Part shown: piece after piece, positions 31,487-40,554 of the stretch
Layout: every line of letters begins with the position of its first letter
Position numbering within the stretch: position 1 is the first letter of the stretch
Assembly: GCA_963761615.1 (NCBI GenBank)
Contig: CAVXGU010000004.1
Location: 223,537 to 287,536, forward strand
DNA from: an uncultured Acidobacteriota bacterium
Lineage (GTDB): Bacteria > Acidobacteriota > Vicinamibacteria > Vicinamibacterales > CAVVIG01
Direction of reading: 5' to 3'
DNA length: 64,000 nt
Program-made: the position numbers and the translations under genes
The notes under the pieces: generated by a model
Seen by the model: only the letters and a program-made list of their open reading frames with translations
Database searches by the model: none
Told to the model about the DNA's origin: nothing

Positions 31487-31783
31487 ATGGCGTTCGTCGG
31501 GAAGGTCAGTCAGGTCGCGGCCGGTCAGCTGGTGGGAATCGAGGTCGACGGAAAGCCCGTGGCGGTGGCCAACGTGGACGGACGTCTGTTCGCGATCGGC
31601 GACCGCTGCACGCATCGCGGATGCTCGCTCTCGGAAGGGGAGCTGTCCGGCACGACCGTGACGTGCCCGTGCCACGGCGGTCAGTTCGACGTGACGAGCG
31701 GCGAGGTCGTCGGCGGGCCTCCCCGGGAGTCGGTCCCGTCGTACGGCGTGCAGGTCGTCGGCGACGAGTTCCACATCGGCTGA
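31487..31783 (+). CDS. Rieske [2Fe-2S] domain protein
   Basis: 98 aa with CTHRGC...CPCHGG (CxH...CxxH). ATG verified at 31487. Confidence 0.85.
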   Translation: MAFVGKVSQVAAGQLVGIEVDGKPVAVANVDGRLFAIGDRCTHRGCSLSEGELSGTTVTCPCHGGQFDVTSGEVVGGPPRESVPSYGVQVVGDEFHIG

Positions 31784-31795
31784 CACGAGGCCTCA

Positions 31796-32224
31796 ATGTC
31801 GATTGCAGACGTGCTCGCCGACGTGCCGCTGTTCGCAGGGCTCGATGCCAAGGCGATCGAGTCCCTGGCGGGCTTCACCTTCCGGAAGACGTTCGAGCCC
31901 GGGGACCTGATCGTCGAGGAAGGCCGCACGGGGAACGGCATGTTCATCGTCCTCTCCGGGAGCGCCGAAGTCGTCAAGGGCCTCGGGACGCCGCAGCCGC
32001 GCGTCGTCGCGACGCTCGGCGCCGGCGAGCCGATCGGCGAGATGGCGCTCCTGGGCGAGTGGCCGCGCACCGCGTCGGTGCGGGCGCTCGAAACGACGGA
32101 ATGCGTCGGCATCGACCGGTGGATCTTCCTCGACTATCTGGAGAAGGAGCCGAAGCTCGCGCTTCGGCTGCTCCAGATCCTGGCGCTGCGGCTGGCGGAG
32201 ACGGCGGAGCGGCTGGCCGAGTAG
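31796..32224 (+). CDS. stand-alone cyclic nucleotide-binding domain protein
   Basis: 142 aa with the pattern PLFAGLD......L......F..G..I..EG....MFIVLSG and the phosphate-binding cassette GEPIGEMALLGEWPRTASVRA. No output domain. Confidence 0.85.
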   Translation: MSIADVLADVPLFAGLDAKAIESLAGFTFRKTFEPGDLIVEEGRTGNGMFIVLSGSAEVVKGLGTPQPRVVATLGAGEPIGEMALLGEWPRTASVRALETTECVGIDRWIFLDYLEKEPKLALRLLQILALRLAETAERLAE

Positions 32225-32228
32225 GCGC

Positions 32229-33488
32229 TTACGTCGCCGCGAGGCTCTTGGCGATCCCCGCAAGGGCGGTCCTGACGGACGCGAGCACCGCCGGCGCTCG
32301 ATCGCGAGCCTGGAGGAAGCCGCAGTACGCCCCGAGCTCTCCCAGCCGTTCGCGAAAGACCGTCCGGGCCGCGTCCCCGTGCGTCGGGATCGTCGCGCCC
32401 CGCGACAGCCGGAAGCTGATCCCGGCCGTCTTGCCCGGGTGCGACGGCCCGGCGGGCGACTTCGTCAAGGCGTCGGCCAGCGGCGCGACGATGTCCATCA
32501 TCAGCGACTCGGCGGCTCGGGACAGCCGCTGCAACTGCTCGTTCGACTCCTCGCCGTGCACGAAGAGCCGCCCCAGGACCTGCGTCATCAGCTCGTAGCA
32601 CGCGTCGGCGAGGTTGCTCAGCTCGGCCGTGTCCGGATCGTCGATGAAGTTGAGATCCTCGGTGTCGGTCTTGTCGCTCGGCGGCAGGGCGTAGGGGTTG
32701 GCCAGGACCGGTCGCGCCGGCTGGAATCCGGGATCCTCGGCCAGGGCGTCCTTGCACTCCCGCCAGATCGTGACGAACTTGCTGTAGTGCGAGTCGGGCG
32801 TGTCGCGGCTCGCGCCTTCCCCCTGGACGACGATCACGTTGATCGCCTGCTGCGCCGACGCGAGATCGGTGACCGGCGTCAGCTCGGGCAGGCTTTCGAA
32901 GTGGGCGGGCGCCGCCGTCTGCATGTCGGGACGGCCGATGAAGAGCCCGCGCTCGCCGTACTTCTGCGCCAGATAGACGAAGCCGTCCTCGATGCCCCGG
33001 TAGAGGCGGCCCTGGGTGTGGTATTCGCGCTCGGTCGCGAAGATGTCGCTGAGCTGCGGTCGAACGGCGGCGGGGAGACTGCGGGCGACCCTGCCGTCCG
33101 CGCCGACGAGATCGTCGGGCTCCTCGATGGCGATGAACTGCTCCATCGTGTCGAGACTGAACGGCGCCAGTCGTAGGTGAAACCCACCGCGCCGATCCAT
33201 CCGGATCGGGAAGTTCGGGCGCCGGAGGTGGGGTGCCCCGCCGATCGCCGTCAGGAGATTGCACACGGCGCCCAGATGGAGCATCTCCTGGACGGCGACG
33301 CCGCGCAGCAGGCGGCTCCAGCGCCGGATCTTGCGCAGCTGCGCGTCCGTGATCCCTTCGTCCGTGCTGCTCTTCAGGCTGAAGGCCGTGAACAGGTAGC
33401 AGCACATGACGCCGTGCTCGATTTCCGCCGCCTCCGTCAGGAGGTAGATCAGCTGCGCGCGGTTCTCGATGCGGAGGGTCGGCTCCAT
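32229..33488 (-). CDS. ferritin-like domain protein
   Basis: 419 aa starting at MEPTLRIENRAQLIYLLTEAAEIEHGVMCCYLF...QEMLHL, a ferritin-like four-helix motif pattern. ATG verified at 33486..33488. Confidence 0.7.
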   Translation of the reverse strand: MEPTLRIENRAQLIYLLTEAAEIEHGVMCCYLFTAFSLKSSTDEGITDAQLRKIRRWSRLLRGVAVQEMLHLGAVCNLLTAIGGAPHLRRPNFPIRMDRRGGFHLRLAPFSLDTMEQFIAIEEPDDLVGADGRVARSLPAAVRPQLSDIFATEREYHTQGRLYRGIEDGFVYLAQKYGERGLFIGRPDMQTAAPAHFESLPELTPVTDLASAQQAINVIVVQGEGASRDTPDSHYSKFVTIWRECKDALAEDPGFQPARPVLANPYALPPSDKTDTEDLNFIDDPDTAELSNLADACYELMTQVLGRLFVHGEESNEQLQRLSRAAESLMMDIVAPLADALTKSPAGPSHPGKTAGISFRLSRGATIPTHGDAARTVFRERLGELGAYCGFLQARDRAPAVLASVRTALAGIAKSLAAT

Positions 33489-33582
33489 CAGGGCACCTAG
33501 GATACACGCGCCGGTCGGCGGATGGATGCCCTCCCGAACGGCCGGCACGTCCCCCGACCGGGGGCGTGCCGGCGGTGCCGGC

Positions 33583-34062
33583 CTAGCCGATTGGCCGAGG
33601 CGCCGGGCTTTCGGCCGGCGCGCTCGTCGCCGCCTCCTGTGGGTAGAGCGGCGCGACGCCGTCCGAGTGATTGGGCAGGTACCACGCAGCGATCCGTGCG
33701 GGAGCGCCGGCGGATGTCCGCTCGAGCGTCATCTGCTCCTTGTCGCTCGACACGGGCCTCTGCACCGGCGTGGTGAAGAACGTCGCGTACACCGTGGAGC
33801 GATCCTGGCTCAGGACGCGCACGATCGAGGGCTCCACCATCTGGAACACGTAAGTCCCCGGCTTCAGTCCGACGCCCGGAATCTCGATCGGGCCACTGAA
33901 GAACATGAAGTGGTCCGACGGCGATCCGCGGACGACGCCGGCATGTCCTGTGACGGTGACAGTGAACTCCATCGGCTGCTGAGCTTGTGCCCATGCCGGA
34001 TGGGCTCCGCTCAGCAGGAACACCGCGGCGATTGCGACTCCTGCGCCGATCAGCTTCTTCAT
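33583..34062 (-). CDS. secreted hypothetical protein
   Basis: 159 aa with signal peptide MKKLIGAGVAIAAVFLLSGAHPAWAQ. ATG verified at 34060..34062. Confidence 0.6.
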   Translation of the reverse strand: MKKLIGAGVAIAAVFLLSGAHPAWAQAQQPMEFTVTVTGHAGVVRGSPSDHFMFFSGPIEIPGVGLKPGTYVFQMVEPSIVRVLSQDRSTVYATFFTTPVQRPVSSDKEQMTLERTSAGAPARIAAWYLPNHSDGVAPLYPQEAATSAPAESPAPRPIG

Positions 34063-34127
34063 CGGATACCTCCTTGCTACTGCAACGATCGTGATTCGTT
34101 GCAAAGGGGGTTCCGGAAGACACGGCG

Positions 34128-35552
34128 TTACAGACCGCGGCGCGTCTGGAACGGTCGCCCCATGCGGACGTCGCGCTGTCGCAGGATGCGATCGCTCGCC
34201 GCGACGCGCGAGTCGACGAGCGGACGTGGCGCGAGGCCGAAGCCGACGAGTGCCAGGACGAGCGCTGCGAAGGTCCACGCTTCTCGCCGCGTCAGACCGA
34301 ATCGCGGACCCGCGTCCGGCTCGCGGCGGCCGCAGAAGAGCGCGAAGTACATCCGGACGATGGTCAGCCCGGTCAGCGCCGACGCCGCCACGACGGCGAA
34401 TCCCATCACCGGAAAGGCGTCGACCGCGCCGTTCACGAGCAGTTCCTGACCGACGAAGCCGAGCGTGCCGGGAAAGCCGGTGCACGCGAGTCCGAGGCAG
34501 AGGAAGCTCACCGCCAGGAGCGGCATGCGCTCGTAGCCGCCGTGATAGGACGTCAGATCGAGCCGGCCCCGGCGCGCTTCGAGCACGAGGATGACGCGCG
34601 CGAGGCCGGCGAACCCGAGCCCCGCCGACAGCCAGACCAGCAGTCCACCCGCCAGGGCGCTCGTGCTCGTGCAGTCGAGGCCCGCCATCACCAGGGCCGA
34701 CTGGCTCATGAACAGGTACCCGCACGCGCGCCGGGCGCTCGACTGGACCAGGGCGAGCGCCGCGCCGTAGACGGCTGTTCCGAGCGCGAGCACCGCGATG
34801 ACGCGCAGCATCTCCCCGGACGCGCGCGGGACGATGAGCACGACGGTGATGTACGCACCCACCTGTGGCGCGTTGAAGAGGATGGCGGGCCCGAGCCGGC
34901 CGCGGTCGAAGACTTCCGGGACCCATGCGTGGAACGGCACGATCCCCTTGCGCACGAGCGCCGCCGCCACGATCAGCCACATGCCCGTCGTCGCGACCGC
35001 CACGTTCCCGGCGAACGGTCCGACGAACAGTGCGACGCCGGCGCCGAGCAGCAGGGTGGAGGCACCGAGATAGGCCGCGGCGATCCGGCGTTGATCGCGA
35101 TGCGCCGGGTCGCCGAGGGCGTCGAGCAGCGTCCACACGGACGCCGCCGACAGGAGGAAGAGCGCCACGGCGCTCTCGGTGAGAAAGGATGCGAGCGTGA
35201 GCAGCGTGGCGAGGGCCGCCCGGCGGAGGCCGCGGCGATCCAGCGATGCCCGCGGCGTCACCGCGACGGTGAGCAGCCAGAGGGCCGCGGCGAGGGGCAG
35301 CAGGGCCGCCGACAGCGTGTCGACACGCAGAATCGACTCTCCGCCCGGTACCCAGCTGAGGCGCGACGTGCGGAGGGACAGGTCGTGGAGCCCGGGCAAG
35401 ACGGCGACGACGACCGTGGCCGCGAGCATGAGGCCCGCGGCGCCGACCGCCAGGCGTCGAAGGCGCTCGACCTCTCGGTCGACGAACGAGAGACCGATGA
35501 CCAGGGCGGGCAGCGCCGCGGCGAGCGCGAGCCAGGGGCCGGGGTTACTCAT
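34128..35552 (-). CDS. proton-conducting membrane transporter subunit (NuoN/NuoM-like)
   Basis: 474 aa starting at MSNPGPWLAL. Multi-TM with the PFHAWVPEV motif typical of the complex I antiporter-like family. Its start overlaps the upstream gene stop by 8 nt. Confidence 0.8.
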   Translation of the reverse strand: MSNPGPWLALAAALPALVIGLSFVDREVERLRRLAVGAAGLMLAATVVVAVLPGLHDLSLRTSRLSWVPGGESILRVDTLSAALLPLAAALWLLTVAVTPRASLDRRGLRRAALATLLTLASFLTESAVALFLLSAASVWTLLDALGDPAHRDQRRIAAAYLGASTLLLGAGVALFVGPFAGNVAVATTGMWLIVAAALVRKGIVPFHAWVPEVFDRGRLGPAILFNAPQVGAYITVVLIVPRASGEMLRVIAVLALGTAVYGAALALVQSSARRACGYLFMSQSALVMAGLDCTSTSALAGGLLVWLSAGLGFAGLARVILVLEARRGRLDLTSYHGGYERMPLLAVSFLCLGLACTGFPGTLGFVGQELLVNGAVDAFPVMGFAVVAASALTGLTIVRMYFALFCGRREPDAGPRFGLTRREAWTFAALVLALVGFGLAPRPLVDSRVAASDRILRQRDVRMGRPFQTRRGL

Positions 35553-36900
35553 CGCGATCGTCGCCTCCGGGCGCGGACGCCGGCCACTCCATCGGCACGA
35601 GGGCCTGGCAGAGCCATCCATCGAGGCGGCTCAGCCCGCGCGCCGCCGTCGTGAACGGTCCGACGATGACGCGGTCGAGCCACGCGTCGAGGAAGCCACG
35701 CTCCAGCGCGGCGAGAAACAGACGGTGGCGCAGCCGCTCCGGGATCAGACGGATCACCGGGCCTTCCCGCTCCTGGCGGTGACCGATGGCATCTTCCATT
35801 CCGTGCAGGTCGTGCAGGACGTTCGGAGCGCTCAGGAACTGCAGCAGCCGGAACGAGGCGTGCCCGACCAGATGGACGAACGCCACCACGTACCATCCGA
35901 TCGCGATCTCCACGACGATCAAGGCGACCTGGGTGAGGGAGGCATAGGCGAGCGACGACTTGACATCGCTCTGCACGCGGGTGGCGAGGCCGGCGAAGAC
36001 GGCCGTCGCCAGTCCCAGGGCGCCGGCCAGCACGCGGGCGGCCGGCGCCTGCTCCAGCAGGGGCGCCGCGCGCAGCAGCAGGAAGCACCCGGCGTGCACG
36101 GAGAGAGAGCCGTAGTAGACGGCGCTCGACGGAGTCGGGCCCTCCATCGCGCGCGGCAGCCACCCCGAGAACGGCAGCAGCGCGCTCTTGCCGGCCACGG
36201 CCACGATGAGGAGCACCGCGATGACCGTGGCATGCGCGCCGGTCAGGGCCAGCGCCTGGCCGGGCTTCGCGCCGCCGAACAGCAGCGAGAGGCTGTCGCT
36301 GCCGGCGAGGTGCCGCAGGAGGACCGCCGCCGCCAGCATCGCGGCGTCGCTCACGCGGTACACCGACAGCACCCGCAGCGCGTTCGACACCGGCGCCGGC
36401 CGCTCGTGGAAGAACGCCACGAGCAGCGCGGAGCTCAGGCCGACGAGCTCCCATCCGACGAGCAGCACCTCGACGTTCCCCGCCAGGGCGACGAGGAGCA
36501 TCCCGGTCACGAACATCGCCAGCAGCACGAAGTACCGGTTGTAGCCGGCCTCCCGGTGCAGGTACCGGTTCGAGAACGCCGAGACGACCCCCGCGATCAC
36601 GGCACAGAGCGCGGCGAAGCCGAGGGACACGCGATCGATCGAGAGCTCGATCGCGATGCCGCCGGCGTGACCCGTCGACCAGGCGCCGTACGACACGACC
36701 TGCGAGCCGCGGCCGGACACCCCGTGCACCACGAGCGCCGCGAGCAGGGACGCGCACGCGAGCGTCATGCTGGCGCCGGCCAACCTGCCGGTCCACCGCT
36801 CGGGGAGCGGCCGGTTGACGAGCGAGGCGCCGCCGAGCAGGAGGAACAGCGCTGCCGGCGACCCGACCCCGACGGTCACCAGCGTTGCGATCGGACTCAT
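35545..36900 (-). CDS. dabB: NuoL/MnhA-like proton-conducting subunit, DabB-type
   Basis: 451 aa starting at MSPIATLV. Motifs include GWELVGLSS and GKSALLPFSGWLPRAMEGPTPSSA. ATGA overlap with the upstream DUF2309 gene. Confidence 0.8.
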   Translation of the reverse strand: MSPIATLVTVGVGSPAALFLLLGGASLVNRPLPERWTGRLAGASMTLACASLLAALVVHGVSGRGSQVVSYGAWSTGHAGGIAIELSIDRVSLGFAALCAVIAGVVSAFSNRYLHREAGYNRYFVLLAMFVTGMLLVALAGNVEVLLVGWELVGLSSALLVAFFHERPAPVSNALRVLSVYRVSDAAMLAAAVLLRHLAGSDSLSLLFGGAKPGQALALTGAHATVIAVLLIVAVAGKSALLPFSGWLPRAMEGPTPSSAVYYGSLSVHAGCFLLLRAAPLLEQAPAARVLAGALGLATAVFAGLATRVQSDVKSSLAYASLTQVALIVVEIAIGWYVVAFVHLVGHASFRLLQFLSAPNVLHDLHGMEDAIGHRQEREGPVIRLIPERLRHRLFLAALERGFLDAWLDRVIVGPFTTAARGLSRLDGWLCQALVPMEWPASAPGGDDRDE

Positions 36901-39900
36901 CGCGCCCGTGCCGGCGAATCGGGCGGTGCGCCCGTGCGAGTCGGGTTCGACGCCGGCGCTGGAACGATGGCCACCGGAGCGAGGAATCCGCGCTTGCCCT
37001 GGTACCACGCGGCCGAATCGCCGACGACCGACGTGAGGGGACGTTCCGGCCTTCGGAGGACGAACCCCGAGGGGCCAAGTTCCCACAGCGCGCCCGAGTG
37101 GGGATCGAGACACGCCAGCCAGATCCAGCGGTTGCGCACCAGCCGATCGAGCGTCGCGTTCTCGCCGACGACGCGACCGACGCGATCGGGCGTGCCTTCC
37201 ACGACGATGGCGAGACGCGTGGGCTCGTGGATCTCGACCATCTGCCAGGGGAGCCCCGTGCGCAAGTCGCTCTGCGCGCCGTCCATCACGCCGAGGAGCG
37301 ACGTGACGTTGTGCGGCAGCTTCGTGCCGCAGCCGTAGCCGGATGGATCGACGTAGCTGAAGTAGTACTCCAGGTTGATCCCGGCCACGACCGGCACGAC
37401 CGCGGCCATCACGCGGGCCAGGACCGCGCCGTCGCCGTCCCGCGTCGGGTCGTACGACGACAGGAACGCGCGACGATCCAGGAACAGCCCGCGCGTTCGG
37501 GCACGCCGGCCGATGATGCAGAACGCGTTGGTGGCGTGGCCGTACTCCGGGCGCGGCTGCGCCAGGTCCGCGGCACGCCCCTGGACGTGAGCGAGCGCCG
37601 CGGCGGGCGGGTACCAGCGCGGCACCGCGTCGAAGCGGCGGCACCGCTCGTGGGCCTCGCGCCGCCTCGCGGTGTCGACGGCACGTGTCGCGCGCGCGAA
37701 GGCCTCGCGCCAGCGCGCGGGCACCAGGTCGTCGTCGTAATACGTCACCGTGTTGTCGCAGGTGTTGCGCTGGGCGCCGACGAACCAAGTGCCGTCGCCG
37801 ATCGCCACGCCCTCCGCCGCCAGCGCCTGGCGCACGCGTGGATCGTTGGCCATCTGGGCGAACGCGCGGGCGTTCGGCCCGCCGCGCCCGCCGCCGCAGG
37901 CGCCGCAGTCGTGGGCTGATTCGTGCGGGTTGTTCAGGCTCACCGATCCGTGTCCGAACACCAGCACGAGCGGGGAGAGGCGGCCGGCGATCCCGATGTC
38001 CTCCAGAACGCGACGCACGATGCCGGCCATTTCCCGGACGGTGAAGCCGGAGTAGCTGCCGATCGGCGGCCGGCGCGTGTCGCGGCTCAACTGCAGGCGG
38101 GTTCGCGGGGCAGGAAGCGGCGGCGTCCGCACGACGCTCCACCGGGAGGAGAGCCACGGGAACACGACGCGCAGGACCAGCGGGACGAGCGAGAGCCAGC
38201 CGAACAGCGTCATCAACAGCGCGCCGCGAACGGGCAGACGGCTCCCGGCGTGCACGTTGTAGCCGAGGAACCCGGCGGCCCGCCGGTGCAGACGCCTCGA
38301 GCGCCCCGGCAGCGCCTCCGGGGCTTCCTCGACTTCGGCGACGTAGTGCTCCGGGCGGATCGTCACCGGGCACAGCGGCCGCGGATGCGCGTCCGACGCG
38401 CCCTGGTGGTACATCGCGACGTTGAAGAAGCCCGGCGCGCCGAAGGTCTCGCACTGCGGCTCGACTTCCTCCAGATGGCGCCGGAAGGACTCCTCCCGCT
38501 CGTCGATGCAGAACACCGCCTGGAAGGCCGGCGTGGCGTCGACGGGCCGTGGCGCGTGATGCGCGAGGGCGTCGTACACCCGATGCCGAATCGTTCGCTC
38601 GAAGGCCTGATGCAGGGTCCGCCGGCAGAGGGCGTCGACCTCACCGAGCTCGGACTCGATCTCGGCCACCTGGCCCGCCGTCCACTGCGTCACGATCGAG
38701 GCGTCGACGCCGCAGAGCTGGGCGAGGTGAAAGAGCGGCCACGCCCGGTCGGAGGGCGTCGGCGACGCCGGACCGGGAAGTTCGTCACGGAGCCATGGAC
38801 GGAGCCCGGCCAGCGGGCCGTGAAAGGACACCTGCCGCGCCGCGTCGGCGAGCGCGGCGCGCTCGAACAGCAGGCGGACGGCGAGATATCCGCGGAGCGT
38901 GACCGTGAGATCGAGCGTCGGCACGCGGTCGGGCCGCTCTTCGATCTGGCGGACGATGCCCGCCCAGCCCCGCAGCGCCAGGAGCTCGCTGCCGAGATAG
39001 GCGTCGGCCTCGTCTTCCGCGACGCCGAGGTCGGCCAGGGAGTTCGCGAGCGAGTCGAGCGCGCCGCGTCCCGCGGCGTGGTCGTCGGCGACGAGGCGCG
39101 GCAGCGTCGCGGCCCATCGACCGCAGTGCGCGGCGAGCCCGGTGCGGTAAAGCTCCAGGAAGCAGCCGTGGATGCCGAGATGCCGGTCGGGCATCGTCCA
39201 CGGTGCCAGCCCCTGGTCGAGGTAACCCGCGAGGAAGCGGATGAGCGGCGGGTGGATCCAGGCGTCGGTGTCGAGGCGGCGCGTCGCCAGGAGCCAGTCG
39301 CGATGCCGGACCGGGGCGGCGCCGGGCGCGGCGGGCGGTGGGGTGCGGGCACGACCGGCCGCGTCGAGGCACGCACGCCAGAGGCGGCGCACGGCGTGCC
39401 GCTCGTCTCCGGGGAGTTCGGATGGATCGATCGCGTCGGTCAGGGCCGCCCTGGCGGAGGCCGGGAGATCCGGACGGAACCGCGACAGCGCGGCGGTCTC
39501 GTCGAGGATCCACTGGAGCTCCCGTCCGGTTGCGGCCGGGATGCCGTGCAGCACGACGGCACGCCAGAGATCGAAGCGGGTCCCGACGCCGGCGACGTCC
39601 TCCCGTCCCCCCGGGCCGAGCGCCTCCTCGAGGAGGGCGTCCACGTCCTCGACCAGAATGCGGCCCGAGGCGAGCTTGTCGCGGTATCGCCCCTCGGCGA
39701 GGAACGGCTCGCGCCCGAGGGTGATGGCGGCGTCGGCCACGGCCTCCTCGAAGGGCAGGTGCTCGAAGGCGTGCAGCGTGTTGTGATGGATGAAGATGCT
39801 GATCGGCCCCTGCGCCGGCAGCCGGTGGGCCAGACGGTCGATGACCCGGGCGATCGGGTGGTCGGACGGGCCCGCATCCTGCGGGCCGGCGTGGTCGGGC

Positions 39901-39902
39901 AT
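36897..39902 (-). CDS. dabA: DUF2309 (YbcC) family protein, DabA-type
   Basis: About 1001 aa. N-terminus GPISIFIHHNTLHAFEHLPFEEAV. Putative Zn-site motifs FCIDEREESFRRHLE and GHGS...NPHESAHDCGACGG, as in beta-CA-like DabA. The start is chosen at MPDHAGP (39902); an alternative at 39947 would lie inside the operator palindrome. Confidence 0.85.
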   Translation of the reverse strand: MPDHAGPQDAGPSDHPIARVIDRLAHRLPAQGPISIFIHHNTLHAFEHLPFEEAVADAAITLGREPFLAEGRYRDKLASGRILVEDVDALLEEALGPGGREDVAGVGTRFDLWRAVVLHGIPAATGRELQWILDETAALSRFRPDLPASARAALTDAIDPSELPGDERHAVRRLWRACLDAAGRARTPPPAAPGAAPVRHRDWLLATRRLDTDAWIHPPLIRFLAGYLDQGLAPWTMPDRHLGIHGCFLELYRTGLAAHCGRWAATLPRLVADDHAAGRGALDSLANSLADLGVAEDEADAYLGSELLALRGWAGIVRQIEERPDRVPTLDLTVTLRGYLAVRLLFERAALADAARQVSFHGPLAGLRPWLRDELPGPASPTPSDRAWPLFHLAQLCGVDASIVTQWTAGQVAEIESELGEVDALCRRTLHQAFERTIRHRVYDALAHHAPRPVDATPAFQAVFCIDEREESFRRHLEEVEPQCETFGAPGFFNVAMYHQGASDAHPRPLCPVTIRPEHYVAEVEEAPEALPGRSRRLHRRAAGFLGYNVHAGSRLPVRGALLMTLFGWLSLVPLVLRVVFPWLSSRWSVVRTPPLPAPRTRLQLSRDTRRPPIGSYSGFTVREMAGIVRRVLEDIGIAGRLSPLVLVFGHGSVSLNNPHESAHDCGACGGGRGGPNARAFAQMANDPRVRQALAAEGVAIGDGTWFVGAQRNTCDNTVTYYDDDLVPARWREAFARATRAVDTARRREAHERCRRFDAVPRWYPPAAALAHVQGRAADLAQPRPEYGHATNAFCIIGRRARTRGLFLDRRAFLSSYDPTRDGDGAVLARVMAAVVPVVAGINLEYYFSYVDPSGYGCGTKLPHNVTSLLGVMDGAQSDLRTGLPWQMVEIHEPTRLAIVVEGTPDRVGRVVGENATLDRLVRNRWIWLACLDPHSGALWELGPSGFVLRRPERPLTSVVGDSAAWYQGKRGFLAPVAIVPAPASNPTRTGAPPDSPARAR

Positions 39903-39917
39903 CGGCGAACGTGCAAG

Positions 39918-39935
39918 TATAGCAATATTGCTATA
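39918..39935. promoter_or_regulatory. perfect 18-bp palindrome TATAGCAATATTGCTATA in the dabA/arsR-like divergent intergenic region (candidate operator)
   Basis: The palindrome was checked by hand. It lies in a 51-bp AT-rich gap within an otherwise roughly 70% GC sequence, and TATACT/TATATT -10-like hexamers overlap it on both strands. Confidence 0.6.
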
Positions 39936-39953
39936 TTGCGCTATCATGCGGTC

Positions 39954-40349
39954 GTGTCGCGGGCGGCAGGGGCGGGCGGAGGGGCGGCCGGAGAGCTCCA
40001 GGTGTTCAAGGCGGGGTTCTTCCGCGCCCTCGCCCATCCCACCCGCATCCGAATCCTCGAGATCCTCGCGTCGGGCGGACGCACGGTGCAGGAGCTGCAG
40101 GACGCCTTGACGCTCGACCAGCCGCTCGTCTCCCAGCAGCTCGCCGTGCTGCGCAACCGCGGCATCGTCGCCGCGCAGAAAGAGGGGCCGTCGGTCCGAT
40201 ACGCCCTGCGGGACCCGCTGGTCGCCGACCTGCTGGACGTCGCGCGTCGCATCTTCAACAACCACCTGGTCAGCACGCGAGGGCTGTTGACCGAGCTGCG
40301 GCGCGAGGGCCGTCGGCGGCCGTCGCGGACACGACTCGCCCGCCGGTGA
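39954..40349 (+). CDS. ArsR/SmtB-family transcriptional regulator
   Basis: 131 aa from GTG 39954. Motif FKAGFFRALAHPTRIRILEILASGGRTVQELQDALTLDQPLVSQQLAVLRNRGIV. The protein contains no Cys. Confidence 0.85.
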   Translation: MSRAAGAGGGAAGELQVFKAGFFRALAHPTRIRILEILASGGRTVQELQDALTLDQPLVSQQLAVLRNRGIVAAQKEGPSVRYALRDPLVADLLDVARRIFNNHLVSTRGLLTELRREGRRRPSRTRLARR

Positions 40350-40554
40350 CGTGACCGGCACTTGACGCCCTGGGGACCGCGAGCGTATTCTGGCGGCCCT
40401 TCACGCCGGACCATCGGATATGGCGTCCACGTGGCGCTCGGGCGCCACAGCGGCGACTCGGCTTGCGGCCGCGGCCCCCTGGGGGCGCTCGAAGTCCAGG
40501 CGCGTCACCGTCCCACTCCTCGCACGACCCCAACCTGCACACAAGGAGCGCATC

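Noticed and set aside
29827-32224. Interpreting cyclase plus cNMP-binding protein as a Pycsar/CBASS-like antiphage system.
   Set aside because: The cNMP-binding protein has no effector (TM, TIR, nuclease) domain. The cyclase is fused to a ferredoxin and embedded with housekeeping redox genes and a LuxR regulator. No other defence or mobile genes are nearby.
39903-39947. Alternative dabA start at 39947 (MIAQYSNIAILARSP...).
   Set aside because: It would make the perfect palindrome and the AT-rich promoter-like segment coding. The MPDHAGP start at 39902 leaves a sensible divergent control region.
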